A stretch of DNA of 64,000 nt from Sulfolobales archaeon (GTDB lineage Archaea; Thermoproteota; Thermoprotei_A; Sulfolobales; AG1): NCBI GenBank assembly GCA_038867615.1, contig JAWBYA010000004.1, forward strand, positions 96,001-160,000. Reading direction: 5' to 3'. The notes beneath the pieces were generated by a model. It searched no databases and was not told where the DNA came from. It saw only the letters and a program-made list of their open reading frames with translations. Below are positions 51,534 through 62,196 of this stretch, in pieces. The translations under genes and the position numbers were made by a program. Positions within the stretch are counted from its first letter, which is position 1. Each line of letters starts with the position of its first letter.

Positions 51534-52148
51534 TTGAAGGACAATGCCTCCATAACCATGGGGTTCAGGAACTCAGCTATATTGCTGGTGATGTGGATAG
51601 CGATCTATCTAATAATAAGTGCATCGATCAACGGCTACCTCTTACCACTACTAAGCAGAGGAGGACTGGAAGCCACACAATACGCACCCTATATAAACAT
51701 AATCCTGGCACTAGCCTTTGGCTACATGATAGTGAGAGCACTAGCCAACACTATATACTGGTCCCTCAGGGCTAGGTACGAACATTCCCAAGCATCTGCT
51801 GTGAGGAGCGTTATGATTATAATAGGTATAGGCGCCCTCCTAGCAGGAATCGCTGGAGGTGTTGCCGGAGGAGCTGCTGGCGTAGCCCTCGGAGGCTTCC
51901 TAGGAATCGTGATCGGCTTCGCATCACAACAAGTCCTAGGCCAGGCGGTGGCAGGGCTCTTCTTACTACTAGCCAGGCCTGTGTCGATAGGAGATAGAGT
52001 AACAATAGCAGGCGAGACAGGGGTTGTCGAGGACATATCACCACTATTCATAAAAATACGGAAAGACGACGGGACATTAATGCTTATACCAAATAACATG
52101 GCCATAGGCGCAAAAATACAGATTATAAAGAAATATGGAGAGACCTAG
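51534..52148 (+). CDS. mscS: Small-conductance mechanosensitive channel family
   Basis: GIVIGFASQQVLGQAVAG, RPVSIGDRV...GVVEDI, IPNN. Confidence 0.92.
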   Translation: MKDNASITMGFRNSAILLVMWIAIYLIISASINGYLLPLLSRGGLEATQYAPYINIILALAFGYMIVRALANTIYWSLRARYEHSQASAVRSVMIIIGIGALLAGIAGGVAGGAAGVALGGFLGIVIGFASQQVLGQAVAGLFLLLARPVSIGDRVTIAGETGVVEDISPLFIKIRKDDGTLMLIPNNMAIGAKIQIIKKYGET

Positions 52149-52159
52149 GATTCGGCTCC

Positions 52160-52336
52160 TCACATGATCTTCGACAATATATCCTCGAGATCTTTCTCAA
52201 GCCTCTCCCTAGGCCTCCACGAAACATGTATAACCCTCACACCCTGCCTAGCAAGCTCCCTCGAGAAATGCTCAAGCCCAATGCTAACCAGCCTTGGCTT
52301 CCCCCTAAGCAGATCCAATGCCTTCTCAACACCCAT
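52160..52336 (-). CDS. Stand-alone FdrA C-terminal-like small protein (58 aa; below the ORF-track cutoff)
   Basis: MGVEKALDLLRGKPRLVSIGLEHFSRELARQGVRVIHVSWRPRERLEKDLEDILSKIM; starts 2 nt after the fdrA stop. Confidence 0.8.
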   Translation of the reverse strand: MGVEKALDLLRGKPRLVSIGLEHFSRELARQGVRVIHVSWRPRERLEKDLEDILSKIM

Positions 52337-52338
52337 GC

Positions 52339-53952
52339 CTAAAACCCCCTGAGAAACTCCCTAGAGAACATGTCTATTAAATCCATATCACTCCTCCTCA
52401 GAGAGATCATAGCAGCAGCGAGAGCCATGGTAGCGTTTGTCGGGAGGATTATAACGCCGAGCTCTCTTAGAATCCTCTCCTGGGATGCTAGATCCTGGGG
52501 ATCCTGATCCGTACCAACAACATGGGCTAGAAAAGCGATCCTCCTACCATCTTCCCTAGCAATCTCCATAGCCCTCTTAATAGCATCAACATGGGCTCCA
52601 GCAGGATCTCTATGGGCTCCATAGCCTAGGACAAAGTCAAGCATGATCACGGCTACTTCAGGATCTCTCGCTTCATCAACGATTCTCTTAAGCCTAATAC
52701 TAGGATCTATCATTGGGTGAGCCCTCCCCTCGGTGAACTCCTCACCCCCAAGATCTATAACCGTGTTCCCATAGCTCTTCCAAGGATCCCGCAGCCTCAG
52801 ATCATCCCTCAAGGGCGAGTTAGACCAAATATCGCCAACAAACCTGCCGAGAACAACCATGGCCTCATAGGCAAAAGTTCCTCCCGTGAAGAGACCCCTG
52901 ATATATCTCTGCCCCTCTCTAAGCCCTGCAATAGCATCCTCTATAGCTTTGATGGTTTTACCATCAATGCTGAGGACCTTTTGAGCCTCACTATATAGGC
53001 TTGGATCAGTGATCCTAGCAGCCTCAAGGACGGCTGCATGAAGAGTTCTCGTCTGAACGATCCTCTTGCTAGCCTCTGGATCTAGAGGCTCTATCTCCCC
53101 GCCAACAAGGCATGTAACATAGCTCTTCCTACCCCTCGACGCTATATAATCAAAGATCATATGCTGGATCTCCCTAGAAGGGGGTTTAGAGACTATAGTC
53201 ACAATGGATGTCCCAGGATCATTCTCGAACACATCGATCGAGAACAAAGTCATAAGACCCCCCACCTCTCTGCTAAGATCCCTACCACCAACACCGATAC
53301 CATGCGAAACACCCAACCCGATCCTGTGGAGAAGAACGCTCACCTCCTGAAGCCCTGTACCAGAAGCCGAGATCACACCTACAGAGCCCCTCCTAACAGC
53401 ATTGGCAAAAGCTATCGCAACACCACCAATTATAGAAGTCCCAGCCTCTGGACCCATTAGGAGGAGGCCCTTCTCATAGGCGTATCTCTTCATAGCAACC
53501 TCATCCTCTATAGGCACGTGGTCACTGAATAGATGCACATGAACCCCTCTCTCCAGGAGCTTCATAACAACCTCTCTAGCATATCTACCCGGGATCGAGA
53601 CCAGGGCTAGGTTTATATCTCTGTTTATATTCAGTGCTAGATCTAGATCCTCATATACCTCTAGACCCCTAGCCCCGTGCTGTGTGAGCAGCTCTTCCAC
53701 AAGCCTTGATATATTGTCTATATCAGCGTCTTCACCAAGCTTGAGAGCAACGATCAGATCGTTTTCTCCAGCGTCTTCACCATCACTTGTTAGAAATCCC
53801 TCTCTAAGCATTAGATCCTTGTTAAGCCTAGTACCCATGGCTATAAAGGCGTCTATAACACCGCTAACCTTTCTCAGCTCCTCCCCAATATGGAGTAAAT
53901 ATACGGAATCCCTGTAAAGACCCTTCTTAACAATATTAATAACTCTAGGCAT
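52339..53952 (-). CDS. fdrA: FdrA/YahF (AllF)-like acyl-CoA synthetase-fold protein
   Basis: YRDSV, ALVSIPG, HLFSD, SASGTGLQEV, GVGGRDLS, SKPP, HPMIDP, DFVLGYGAH; start MPRVINI at 53952. Confidence 0.93.
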   Translation of the reverse strand: MPRVINIVKKGLYRDSVYLLHIGEELRKVSGVIDAFIAMGTRLNKDLMLREGFLTSDGEDAGENDLIVALKLGEDADIDNISRLVEELLTQHGARGLEVYEDLDLALNINRDINLALVSIPGRYAREVVMKLLERGVHVHLFSDHVPIEDEVAMKRYAYEKGLLLMGPEAGTSIIGGVAIAFANAVRRGSVGVISASGTGLQEVSVLLHRIGLGVSHGIGVGGRDLSREVGGLMTLFSIDVFENDPGTSIVTIVSKPPSREIQHMIFDYIASRGRKSYVTCLVGGEIEPLDPEASKRIVQTRTLHAAVLEAARITDPSLYSEAQKVLSIDGKTIKAIEDAIAGLREGQRYIRGLFTGGTFAYEAMVVLGRFVGDIWSNSPLRDDLRLRDPWKSYGNTVIDLGGEEFTEGRAHPMIDPSIRLKRIVDEARDPEVAVIMLDFVLGYGAHRDPAGAHVDAIKRAMEIAREDGRRIAFLAHVVGTDQDPQDLASQERILRELGVIILPTNATMALAAAMISLRRSDMDLIDMFSREFLRGF

Positions 53953-53962
53953 GGCCCGTAAC

Positions 53963-54856
53963 CTAGTCTGAACAGACAGCAACAAGCCTGCAGAAAGAAG
54001 CCTCAGCACCAACGATCTTTACAGGGAAGCCTGCTATCAGGCACCTCCTATTAGCAACCTTATCTATATCGCCACCAGCATTCTCAACATGCAGGATCCC
54101 TTTGGGGAATAGGTAGGTGTGCATAAGCTGGTAATTCTCCGGCCATGGCATAACCTCGTCAACGTCTCTCCCAAACTTCTTCTTAAACTCGTTCACAATA
54201 TCCTGCCTGATCCTCCTGATCACGGTGTTGAGAGGATGATCTTGGGATACAGCGTCGACAGCGGTCCACCTGATCTTATTCTTGATCAGCCAGTCAGCGA
54301 ACTCCTTCATAGGGCCTGGGTGTTTCAACATATACCTCACGGGATTAGCCTCAGCCCTATACCAGGCATACCTATCATAGCCGGTCCTTATAACGAGGAT
54401 ATCATAGGGCTTGAGGGAGAGGTTATATGATTTGAGCTTCCTCTCGATCATATCAGAAGTATAGATATCAAGATCACTCACCTCATCACTTATATCAACT
54501 ATAACCCCCTCACCTATCCAGTATTCAACAGGGATCGAAGCTATATCAAGCCCAGCAGTATCAAAGTGAAGCGGACCATCCATATGAGTCCCTATATGGA
54601 ATGGTGTCTGGATATACTGGGCATTCACACCATGCTCCTGAACAGTCTTTATCCACCTGATCTCGAAGGGAGGATATGTGGGGAAGGGCGGTGTGTTTGG
54701 ACCCAGGGGTTGTGAGAGGTCATAGACCCTTGCTTTTGACCAATCAATAACATCGCTCCAGTTATAGAGGGGCCTCCCCTTAGCCCTTATCTCTGCCAAG
54801 AATTCTTCAAGTATATTACCTGGTCTCGGTTTCCACTCACCGAAATATATGGACAT
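53963..54856 (-). CDS. Cyclase family metallo-amidohydrolase (kynurenine formamidase/isatin hydrolase-like)
   Basis: HxGTHxDxPxH motif (HIGTHMDGPLH), DAVSQDHP, HVEN. Confidence 0.9.
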   Translation of the reverse strand: MSIYFGEWKPRPGNILEEFLAEIRAKGRPLYNWSDVIDWSKARVYDLSQPLGPNTPPFPTYPPFEIRWIKTVQEHGVNAQYIQTPFHIGTHMDGPLHFDTAGLDIASIPVEYWIGEGVIVDISDEVSDLDIYTSDMIERKLKSYNLSLKPYDILVIRTGYDRYAWYRAEANPVRYMLKHPGPMKEFADWLIKNKIRWTAVDAVSQDHPLNTVIRRIRQDIVNEFKKKFGRDVDEVMPWPENYQLMHTYLFPKGILHVENAGGDIDKVANRRCLIAGFPVKIVGAEASFCRLVAVCSD

Positions 54857-55047
54857 AATGAGAACCCGTGATGATTAAGTCTAGATAGCTAATATATTGT
54901 TTCCCCATATAAAAGCCGCCTCTCACGTAATGCGATGATGCCCGGGAAACACTCCCCCTAAGATCCTATATTAACGCTGAGCCAATAGCCATAGGTTTAT
55001 ATTTATATACCCCATTAACGCATATAGTAGGATAAGGTGTTAATGAG

Positions 55048-56895
55048 ATGCCGATCGAGAACCTGTTCCAAGTGACCGGCTCGGCCATAAAAAACGAGAC
55101 TAGCATGCATCACAGGGCTGCTACAATGCAGCTAGCTAAAGCCCTACCATCTCCTGGAAAGTTTGATCCCTTGACAGGCACTGTGAAGATCGCTGGCAGG
55201 GAGATAAAGGTAGGAGGACCTCTTCCAAGCCTGGCTGAGGGCGAGAAACTGGTAAGGGTTACCCAGAGCCTCTGCCCATACTGCCAGAGGCTGCTTCCAG
55301 CGGTGATCTATGAGAGGGATGATAAGGTATATCTAAGGAAAATATGCCCCGACCACGGCAGCATAGACGAGCTCTACTTCGGCAACTCATACCTATACTA
55401 CAAGTTCCTCTCAAGAGGTGTTGATGGTAAGGGGGCTAGATATACATACACCGTGGCAGACGCCCCGTGCCCCTATAGCTGTGGGCTGTGCTCGATGCAT
55501 GTAAGCCATTCAGCGCTAACTAACCTTGTTATCACAAATAGATGTGATCTTGACTGCTGGTACTGCTTCTTCTTCGCCGAGAAGGCAGGATATGTTTATG
55601 AACCAACAATAGAACAGATCAAGTTCATGGTATCGCAGCTAATGAAACAGGGCGTTGCTACAGTGATCCAGATAACAGGTGGGGAGCCTACAATAAGAGA
55701 AGATCTACCACAGATCGTTAGAGAACTGAGAGCGATGGGTGTAACCCACCTACAGCTAAACACACACGGAATAACCTTTGCAAAGCTCTTCCACAAAGAC
55801 CCAGACCTAGCTGTAAAATATGCTAGAGAGCTTAGAGAAGCTGGTATCAATACCATATACATGAGCTTCGATGGTGTCACACCACAAACCAATCCTAAGA
55901 ACCACTATGAGGTTCCATTCACATTCGAAGTCTTCAGAAAAGCAGGGATGACCAGCGTGGTACTTGTCCCAGTAACAATAAAGTCTGTTAACGACCACAT
56001 ACTTGGCGATATAATAAGGTTTGCAGCAAAGAACATGGATATAGTGAGAGCCGTTAACTTCCAGCCCGTAAGCCTCACCGGAATGATGAAGAGGTTCGAG
56101 AGGGAGAGGTATAGGATAACCATAGCAGATGCAATAATAAGGATAGAGGAGCAGACAAACGGGCAGATTGATAGGGATTCGTGGTTCCCGGTACCAGCCT
56201 GTGTACCTATATCAGAATTCGCAGAAGCCCTCTCAGGCAAGTTTAAGTTCGAAATGACATGCCACCCGCACTGCGGTGCCGGAAGCTATGTCTACGTTGT
56301 TAGAAAAGGATCTTCCGCCTATGACTATGAGTTTGTCCCGCTAAGCAAAATGATCGATCTCGAAGGCTTCCTTGAATACCTCCACCAGAAGAGCGAGGAA
56401 CTGAGAGAAGGTAGGAGCAAGATACTGACAGGCCTAGGCCTTGCATGGAATGCCGTGACCAAGTTCATAAACTGGGAGAACGTGCCAGGAGAGATAAAGA
56501 AGATGCTTCCAAAAATGATCGTAGATATATTTGTCAAGCAGAGCTACGAGGCTCTCGGCGAGTTCCACTACAAGTTCCTCTTCCTAGGCATGATGCACTT
56601 CATGGACCAGTATAACTACGATGTAGAGAGGGTAATGAGGTGCGACATACACTACACAATGCCCGACGGAAGGGTGGTGCCCTTCTGCGCCTTCAACGTC
56701 TTGCCAGACATCTATAGGGACTATGTGCAGAAGCAATACTCAATGAGCTTCGAGGAGTATGAGAAGAAATACGGCCCCGGCAGAATCGGCGAGGCTATGA
56801 AGTTCAGAAGAACAAGGGACTATCTAGAAATGGTTAAGAAGCACCCGATATACCTAAGTCACTACCAGGAGTTCTTAAAAACAGATAGAAAGTAG
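55048..56895 (+). CDS. tes: Radical SAM tetraether lipid (GDGT) synthase
   Basis: N-terminal TQSLCPYC...KICPDHG, CPYSCGLC, CDLDCWYC radical SAM motif, HPHCG, RCDIHY...DGRVVPFC. Confidence 0.88.
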   Translation: MPIENLFQVTGSAIKNETSMHHRAATMQLAKALPSPGKFDPLTGTVKIAGREIKVGGPLPSLAEGEKLVRVTQSLCPYCQRLLPAVIYERDDKVYLRKICPDHGSIDELYFGNSYLYYKFLSRGVDGKGARYTYTVADAPCPYSCGLCSMHVSHSALTNLVITNRCDLDCWYCFFFAEKAGYVYEPTIEQIKFMVSQLMKQGVATVIQITGGEPTIREDLPQIVRELRAMGVTHLQLNTHGITFAKLFHKDPDLAVKYARELREAGINTIYMSFDGVTPQTNPKNHYEVPFTFEVFRKAGMTSVVLVPVTIKSVNDHILGDIIRFAAKNMDIVRAVNFQPVSLTGMMKRFERERYRITIADAIIRIEEQTNGQIDRDSWFPVPACVPISEFAEALSGKFKFEMTCHPHCGAGSYVYVVRKGSSAYDYEFVPLSKMIDLEGFLEYLHQKSEELREGRSKILTGLGLAWNAVTKFINWENVPGEIKKMLPKMIVDIFVKQSYEALGEFHYKFLFLGMMHFMDQYNYDVERVMRCDIHYTMPDGRVVPFCAFNVLPDIYRDYVQKQYSMSFEEYEKKYGPGRIGEAMKFRRTRDYLEMVKKHPIYLSHYQEFLKTDRK

Positions 56896-57019
56896 CATAA
56901 AATAAACACCAATTTTACCATTATTATGATGTTTTTTCCAAGAAAGCGTTGATCATTGGGAATGTTTATTGTAAAACCTTATATCCTCCAAGTCACAGCA
57001 TATATGGTGCTCAGCGTTT

Positions 57020-58180
57020 GTGGAGGAATTCACGGTAACCCCCTGGGAGGTTAAGGGTAGGGTTGATTATGAGAAGCTGATAAAGATCTTTGGTACCGAG
57101 GCTATAACCAGAGATCTTCTAGAAAGGCTTGAGAGACTCGCTGGAGGAGAGCTCCACGTCCTTCTAAGAAGAGGTGTTTTCTTCTCACACAGAGATTTCG
57201 ATAAAATACTAGATGATCTCGAGAAGGGCAGGGGCTTCTTCCTCTACACAGGAAGAGGACCCTCAGGACCAATGCATATAGGGCATCTAATACCCTTTAT
57301 ACTTACCAAATGGTTCCAGGATAGATTCAGGGCCAATGTGTATATAATGATCACGGATGATGAGAAGTTTCTCGACGAGGAGAAGATGAGCCTTGAGGAG
57401 GCTAGACACTGGGCTTTTGAGAACACGCTCGATATAATAGCGGTTGGCTTCGACCCCGACAGGACATTCATATTCCACGACACAGAGTATATTGGTAAAA
57501 TGTACCCCCTAGCTATAAAGATAGCCAAGAAGATAAACTACAACCTGGTAAGGGCTGTCTTCGGCTTCACAGGATCCACAAATATAGGGTTGCTCTTCTA
57601 CCCAGCACTCCAGATAGTCCCAACGTTTTTCGAGAAAAAGAGATGCTTGATCCCCGCAGCAATAGATCAGGATCCCTATTGGAGGATACAGAGAGACCTG
57701 GCAGAGTCATTCGGATACTACAAAGTTGCTGCTATACACTCAAAATTCCTCCCACCCCTCACAGGGTTCGAGGGGAAGATGAGCTCGTCAAAGCCGGAGA
57801 CAGCTATCTTCCTTACGGACGATCCTAAGACTGTGAGGGCAAAGATCATGAAATACGCCTTCTCAGGCGGGCAGCCGACAATCGAGCTCCACAGAAAACT
57901 CGGAGGCAATCCAGACATAGATATATCTTTCCAGTGGCTCAAAATGCTCTTCGAACCTGATGATAGGAGGCTTAAAGAGATAGAGGATAGTTATAGATCC
58001 GGGGCCATGCTTACAGGGGAGCTTAAAGAATATCTTATCGATAAGATAAACAGATTCCTCGAGGAACATAGAGAGAGGAGGGAGAAAGCTAGAGAGATGA
58101 TCCACATATATATGAGGGAAGGAAAACTCGCCAGAACCATGTGGGAGAGAGATCTGCTAGACACAAATACAGATCCTTAA
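57020..58180 (+). CDS. trpS: Tryptophan--tRNA ligase
   Basis: VTPWEV, YTGRGPSGPMHIGH, AIDQDPY, KMSSS. Confidence 0.97.
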   Translation: MEEFTVTPWEVKGRVDYEKLIKIFGTEAITRDLLERLERLAGGELHVLLRRGVFFSHRDFDKILDDLEKGRGFFLYTGRGPSGPMHIGHLIPFILTKWFQDRFRANVYIMITDDEKFLDEEKMSLEEARHWAFENTLDIIAVGFDPDRTFIFHDTEYIGKMYPLAIKIAKKINYNLVRAVFGFTGSTNIGLLFYPALQIVPTFFEKKRCLIPAAIDQDPYWRIQRDLAESFGYYKVAAIHSKFLPPLTGFEGKMSSSKPETAIFLTDDPKTVRAKIMKYAFSGGQPTIELHRKLGGNPDIDISFQWLKMLFEPDDRRLKEIEDSYRSGAMLTGELKEYLIDKINRFLEEHRERREKAREMIHIYMREGKLARTMWERDLLDTNTDP

Positions 58181-58220
58181 TATATAAACTGTTTAACGGA
58201 GATAATTTAGGTGCTGCTAG

Positions 58221-59393
58221 GTGATTTTAGAAAGTAGTAGCGATTCCAACGGCCATATCATCGACAGATTTGGGAGACCATTCACAATAATGAGGATAAG
58301 CATAACCCATGACTGTAATTTCAAATGCTTCTTCTGCCACATGGAGGGAGAGGATCCAGAGTCAAAGAACTACCTAACACCAGAGGAAATAGGAATGGTT
58401 GCGGAGGCAGCATCAAGACTGGGTGCTAGGAGGTTTAAGATAACAGGGGGCGAGCCTACATTAAGAAGAGATCTGCCAGAGATAATAAAAGAGATCAAGG
58501 AGAAGGGCAGGGCTGAAGATATATCGATGACAACAAACGGTGTGCTCCTGAGAAACATTGCCACAAAGCTTAGAGAAGCCGGATTAGATAGAGTTAATAT
58601 AAGCCTCCACTCACTAGATCCAGAGAAGTTCTACCAGATCACAGGGACAAAGCTTATGGATAGAGTGCTCGAAGGGGTCGACGCAGCTATAAACGCTGGT
58701 TTCAAGCAGATCAAGATCAACATGGTTATACTCAAAAACTTCAACGAGGATGATGTGTGGAGATTAATAGACTTTGTAAGGGGGAAGAAAATAGTGCTAC
58801 AACTCATAGAGCTTCACCCGGTAGGCGAGGGGAGAAAGATCTTCACGCGGTTCCACACATTCCTCGACGATGTTGAAGAGAAGCTCTCAAAGACCTCGAA
58901 GATGAGGATCCGGAAGGAGCTTCACAACAGACCAATATACTATCTAGAAGGAGGAGGAGCTGTAGAGATAGTCAGGCCTGTGAAGAACCCCATATTCTGT
59001 GCAGCATGCACAAGAATAAGGCTCACCGCAGACGGTTATCTAAAGCCTTGCCTTGTTAGGAGTGATAACCTAGTATCTATAAAGGAGATCCTTAGAATGG
59101 ATACCGATAGAGAGAGGAAAATAGAGATGCTGATCGAAGCCCTACTCATAGCTAACTCACGTAGAGAGCCCTCAGCATACTGGAGGATAGGTGAGGAGTT
59201 TGAAAGAGAAGTCCAGAGATATCTTGGCAACGGAGCATTAGCAGATGGAACCCAAAGAATAAGGATATCTATCCCCAAAAAGCCCCAGCTAAACGTAAGG
59301 TTCATAGACATGCCTATACAAATCGCGATAAATAATGCTACTACTCCTAGAGCTAGTACTGGTTATAAGTATAAGATAGAGGATTTATTATAA
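58221..59393 (+). CDS. moaA: GTP 3',8-cyclase MoaA
   Basis: IDRFGR, CNFKCFFC, TGGEP, FCAACTRIRLTADGYLKPCL. Confidence 0.93.
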   Translation: MILESSSDSNGHIIDRFGRPFTIMRISITHDCNFKCFFCHMEGEDPESKNYLTPEEIGMVAEAASRLGARRFKITGGEPTLRRDLPEIIKEIKEKGRAEDISMTTNGVLLRNIATKLREAGLDRVNISLHSLDPEKFYQITGTKLMDRVLEGVDAAINAGFKQIKINMVILKNFNEDDVWRLIDFVRGKKIVLQLIELHPVGEGRKIFTRFHTFLDDVEEKLSKTSKMRIRKELHNRPIYYLEGGGAVEIVRPVKNPIFCAACTRIRLTADGYLKPCLVRSDNLVSIKEILRMDTDRERKIEMLIEALLIANSRREPSAYWRIGEEFEREVQRYLGNGALADGTQRIRISIPKKPQLNVRFIDMPIQIAINNATTPRASTGYKYKIEDLL

Positions 59394-59431
59394 TAAAAAC
59401 CCGCACTTGATCCCACTATTAGATTCAGGGA

Positions 59432-61276
59432 TCACCTGGGTATTAGACCTATCATTGAGATTATCATTAACACTATTATCGCTATATGTGGCTTTAGTTC
59501 TTTATAATCGCTTTCATACGGCATGATATTTGTCGTCCTATACGCCATGTGGGATAGTCCTGCAAGGCTTAACATTGTAATAGCCAGTGCAGATGCGACA
59601 ACACCAGCTTTGAATGGATCTATGTATATAAGCGCGGCTATAGATGATACGATCATTACCAGGTAGAAAGCGCCCATGATAAACATCCACACAGGTAGCT
59701 CTCTTTCAGCCTCGACCGGTCTTTTAACCTCCTCCAGGGCTTCTTCTCTATCAGGGTCGGTAGCCATTGTTGCTTTGTCAATCTTGATCTTTGGGATCAT
59801 CGTTACCATGAGGATCCCCACAGCGCTCCCCAACGCTCCTATGAATATTGAGACAAGATTCTCAAACCCTCCTCTAATTAAGAGACTCTCCCAAGATCTT
59901 ATCGCTAGAACCACGCCAGATAGTATTAGCAACAGAACCCCCATATATGTAGCCACAAGTCCTCTAACTACATTGCTCCTCTTAATAACAATACCAGCAT
60001 GTCTCTTAGATAGAAGATAAATCCCTAGCACAACCACGATCATCGGTGGCACCATCACCTCAACCGCTTTGTCAAGTCCAACGGGCTCTCCAGGTGTGAG
60101 AGCACCCCATATAGTTGTCTGGATCAGGTAAACAACAATGAGAGCCCCTATAGCTGTATGCACGGGTCTCCTCAGTGGGTGTCTCTCATCGCTTCTATCG
60201 AGGAAAGGTACTAATAATAGGTAGAGCAAGGGTAGCGCGATCCCTACTATGAATGGGAGTAGTATTGGGCTCTCCGGTATGGTTATGCTTATAATCCCTA
60301 GATTTATAACTATAGGGCTCTGTATAGATAGGAACACAAAGTCGGCTACCTTGTAGAAGAAGAGGAAGAACCACGGTGGGTATGGCGGGTGTTCAGATAT
60401 AGTACCCCTTGGAGGGCCTGGTAATGGTGATATGAGCGGATGTATGCTTCCTAGTGAGAGGGCTATTGATAGCAATGCCAGCAATAACCCCCATGTGAGG
60501 CCAGTCATATATAATATATATAGAAGATTTGTTGGGAACCATGGAGCCAGGTCTTTTCTAGTCTGGCTTATCAGAGAGAGAGAAGCCTTCCACCTGCTCT
60601 CCTTAGGATCTGCAGGGGGTCCGTAAGCCTCGAATAACGCCATGTGTGCTACGAAGAGCAGCATGAGTAACGCTGCTGACATGATGTGAAAGGCGAGAAC
60701 CCTTCTATATGTCTCCTCAACGTCTGTGCCGAAAAGTAGCGCTAATATATAGTTACCAAGATCTGTTCCGAATACGCCTGTGACAACACCTTTACCAACG
60801 TTTATAGCGTCGTCAGCAGTTATATCACCTACAAGCACATAGCCTAGAAAAGCTGTGTTGAGCGTCATAACACCTGCAAGAACACCGACTATCCAAAGAA
60901 GCTCTCTGGGCTTTTTATAGGCTGCTTTGAAGAAGTTTCTGAACAAATGTATATATGCCGATAATATCATTAGATGTGCAGCATATAGGTGGGAAGAACG
61001 AAGCAGCTGTCCATATGGCACCTTTTCTATAATCCTCATTACAGAGTTATACGCATCTAGAGGGTTATACCATATTAATAGCATGAGCCCCGTTAAAACC
61101 AACCATGCAAAAGCCGAGGTTACGATAGCTCCTAGCCAAAAATCAAGACTGAAATGCGTATAGGGAACCTTCCTAAACGGTATATCCCTTAAATTAGCTC
61201 TATCAACGATCCAGTTCCATATTCTCTCAACAAAATTTGCACACATATTCCCACACTCCCTATGCGCTTCCACCAA
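59432..61276 (-). CDS. Cytochrome b of a Rieske/cytb complex with C-terminal membrane extension
   Basis: SSHLYAAHLM...YIHLFRNF, YKKPRELLW, AFH...VAH heme ligands, PPWFFL (PEWY-equivalent). Confidence 0.93.
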   Translation of the reverse strand: MVEAHRECGNMCANFVERIWNWIVDRANLRDIPFRKVPYTHFSLDFWLGAIVTSAFAWLVLTGLMLLIWYNPLDAYNSVMRIIEKVPYGQLLRSSHLYAAHLMILSAYIHLFRNFFKAAYKKPRELLWIVGVLAGVMTLNTAFLGYVLVGDITADDAINVGKGVVTGVFGTDLGNYILALLFGTDVEETYRRVLAFHIMSAALLMLLFVAHMALFEAYGPPADPKESRWKASLSLISQTRKDLAPWFPTNLLYILYMTGLTWGLLLALLSIALSLGSIHPLISPLPGPPRGTISEHPPYPPWFFLFFYKVADFVFLSIQSPIVINLGIISITIPESPILLPFIVGIALPLLYLLLVPFLDRSDERHPLRRPVHTAIGALIVVYLIQTTIWGALTPGEPVGLDKAVEVMVPPMIVVVLGIYLLSKRHAGIVIKRSNVVRGLVATYMGVLLLILSGVVLAIRSWESLLIRGGFENLVSIFIGALGSAVGILMVTMIPKIKIDKATMATDPDREEALEEVKRPVEAERELPVWMFIMGAFYLVMIVSSIAALIYIDPFKAGVVASALAITMLSLAGLSHMAYRTTNIMPYESDYKELKPHIAIIVLMIISMIGLIPR

Positions 61277-62063
61277 CTTCTTCAGGTGTATATATGGTCA
61301 CGCGATCTTTAACCACATCTCCACAGAGATTGCATGTCTTACCAAATATAGTTGGCCCCACAACCCCCACGGCATATAGATAATCAGTAGAGCTATCCCA
61401 CTCAAGTATTATTGCTGGAAGGGGGCGAAGGGCTGGGTCTAGAAGCACAGCAGCACCTCTGTAAGGATCATATACTGTTCCATGACAAGCGCAGTGGAGA
61501 ACACCGCCCCTCTGGCCTATATCTGGGGGGTTTGTTCTAAATCTTGTTGGCTGTCCAGGGGGGTAGAACCTCAGCTGTGGGAATATGCAGCCTAGGTGCT
61601 GGCATATTAGGCTATAAGCTACAATAGATCTACTTGGCCCCACACCACCTGGGAAAACATATTTAGCAACATTTGGGGGACCCTCAATAGGCTTTTCCTG
61701 ACCTTCAACCGCTAGTGAGGGTACTTTGAGCGGATGCATCGTAACCAAGAGCTCTACGCTTTTAACCTCCACCGGGTTACCATTTCTATCGCCAAGGTTT
61801 ATGAGGATATTCTGTGTATCTGTTAAGGGATAGTAGAAGAGATAAGGCTTATTAACCGGAAGCTGTGAAGCCTTCACAGGCTCTCCGTTTGAAAATACAA
61901 GCAGGGATCGGGGGTATTCAGCTGCACCACTAAGAGCAGGCGGGGTAATATATCTGATCGTGGGGATTATTAGGGAGCTAAAAGCACCAGCTATGCCTGC
62001 TGCTGCCATGTATTTTATCACATCCCTCCGCCTGACACCGCCCATTATTTCCCCCTCTACCAT
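61260..62063 (-). CDS. Rieske 2Fe-2S protein (SoxL/SoxF-like), Tat signal
   Basis: RRRDVIK twin-arginine; CQHLGC and CACHG boxes. Confidence 0.94.
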   Translation of the reverse strand: MVEGEIMGGVRRRDVIKYMAAAGIAGAFSSLIIPTIRYITPPALSGAAEYPRSLLVFSNGEPVKASQLPVNKPYLFYYPLTDTQNILINLGDRNGNPVEVKSVELLVTMHPLKVPSLAVEGQEKPIEGPPNVAKYVFPGGVGPSRSIVAYSLICQHLGCIFPQLRFYPPGQPTRFRTNPPDIGQRGGVLHCACHGTVYDPYRGAAVLLDPALRPLPAIILEWDSSTDYLYAVGVVGPTIFGKTCNLCGDVVKDRVTIYTPEEVGGSA

Positions 62064-62196
62064 TTTCTAGAGGACTATTAAAGGAGCTATTCTTCAATAA
62101 GCGTGCCTAGACTAGTTACAGAAATATACATCTATATAAAAGAATATGAATTCTTATAATATATACGCTTGATCCGATCACCTGAAAAGCCTTTAA

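Noticed and set aside
54925-54985. Possible C/D sRNA or fluoride riboswitch upstream of tes
   Set aside because: No C'/D' boxes and no riboswitch pseudoknot pairing
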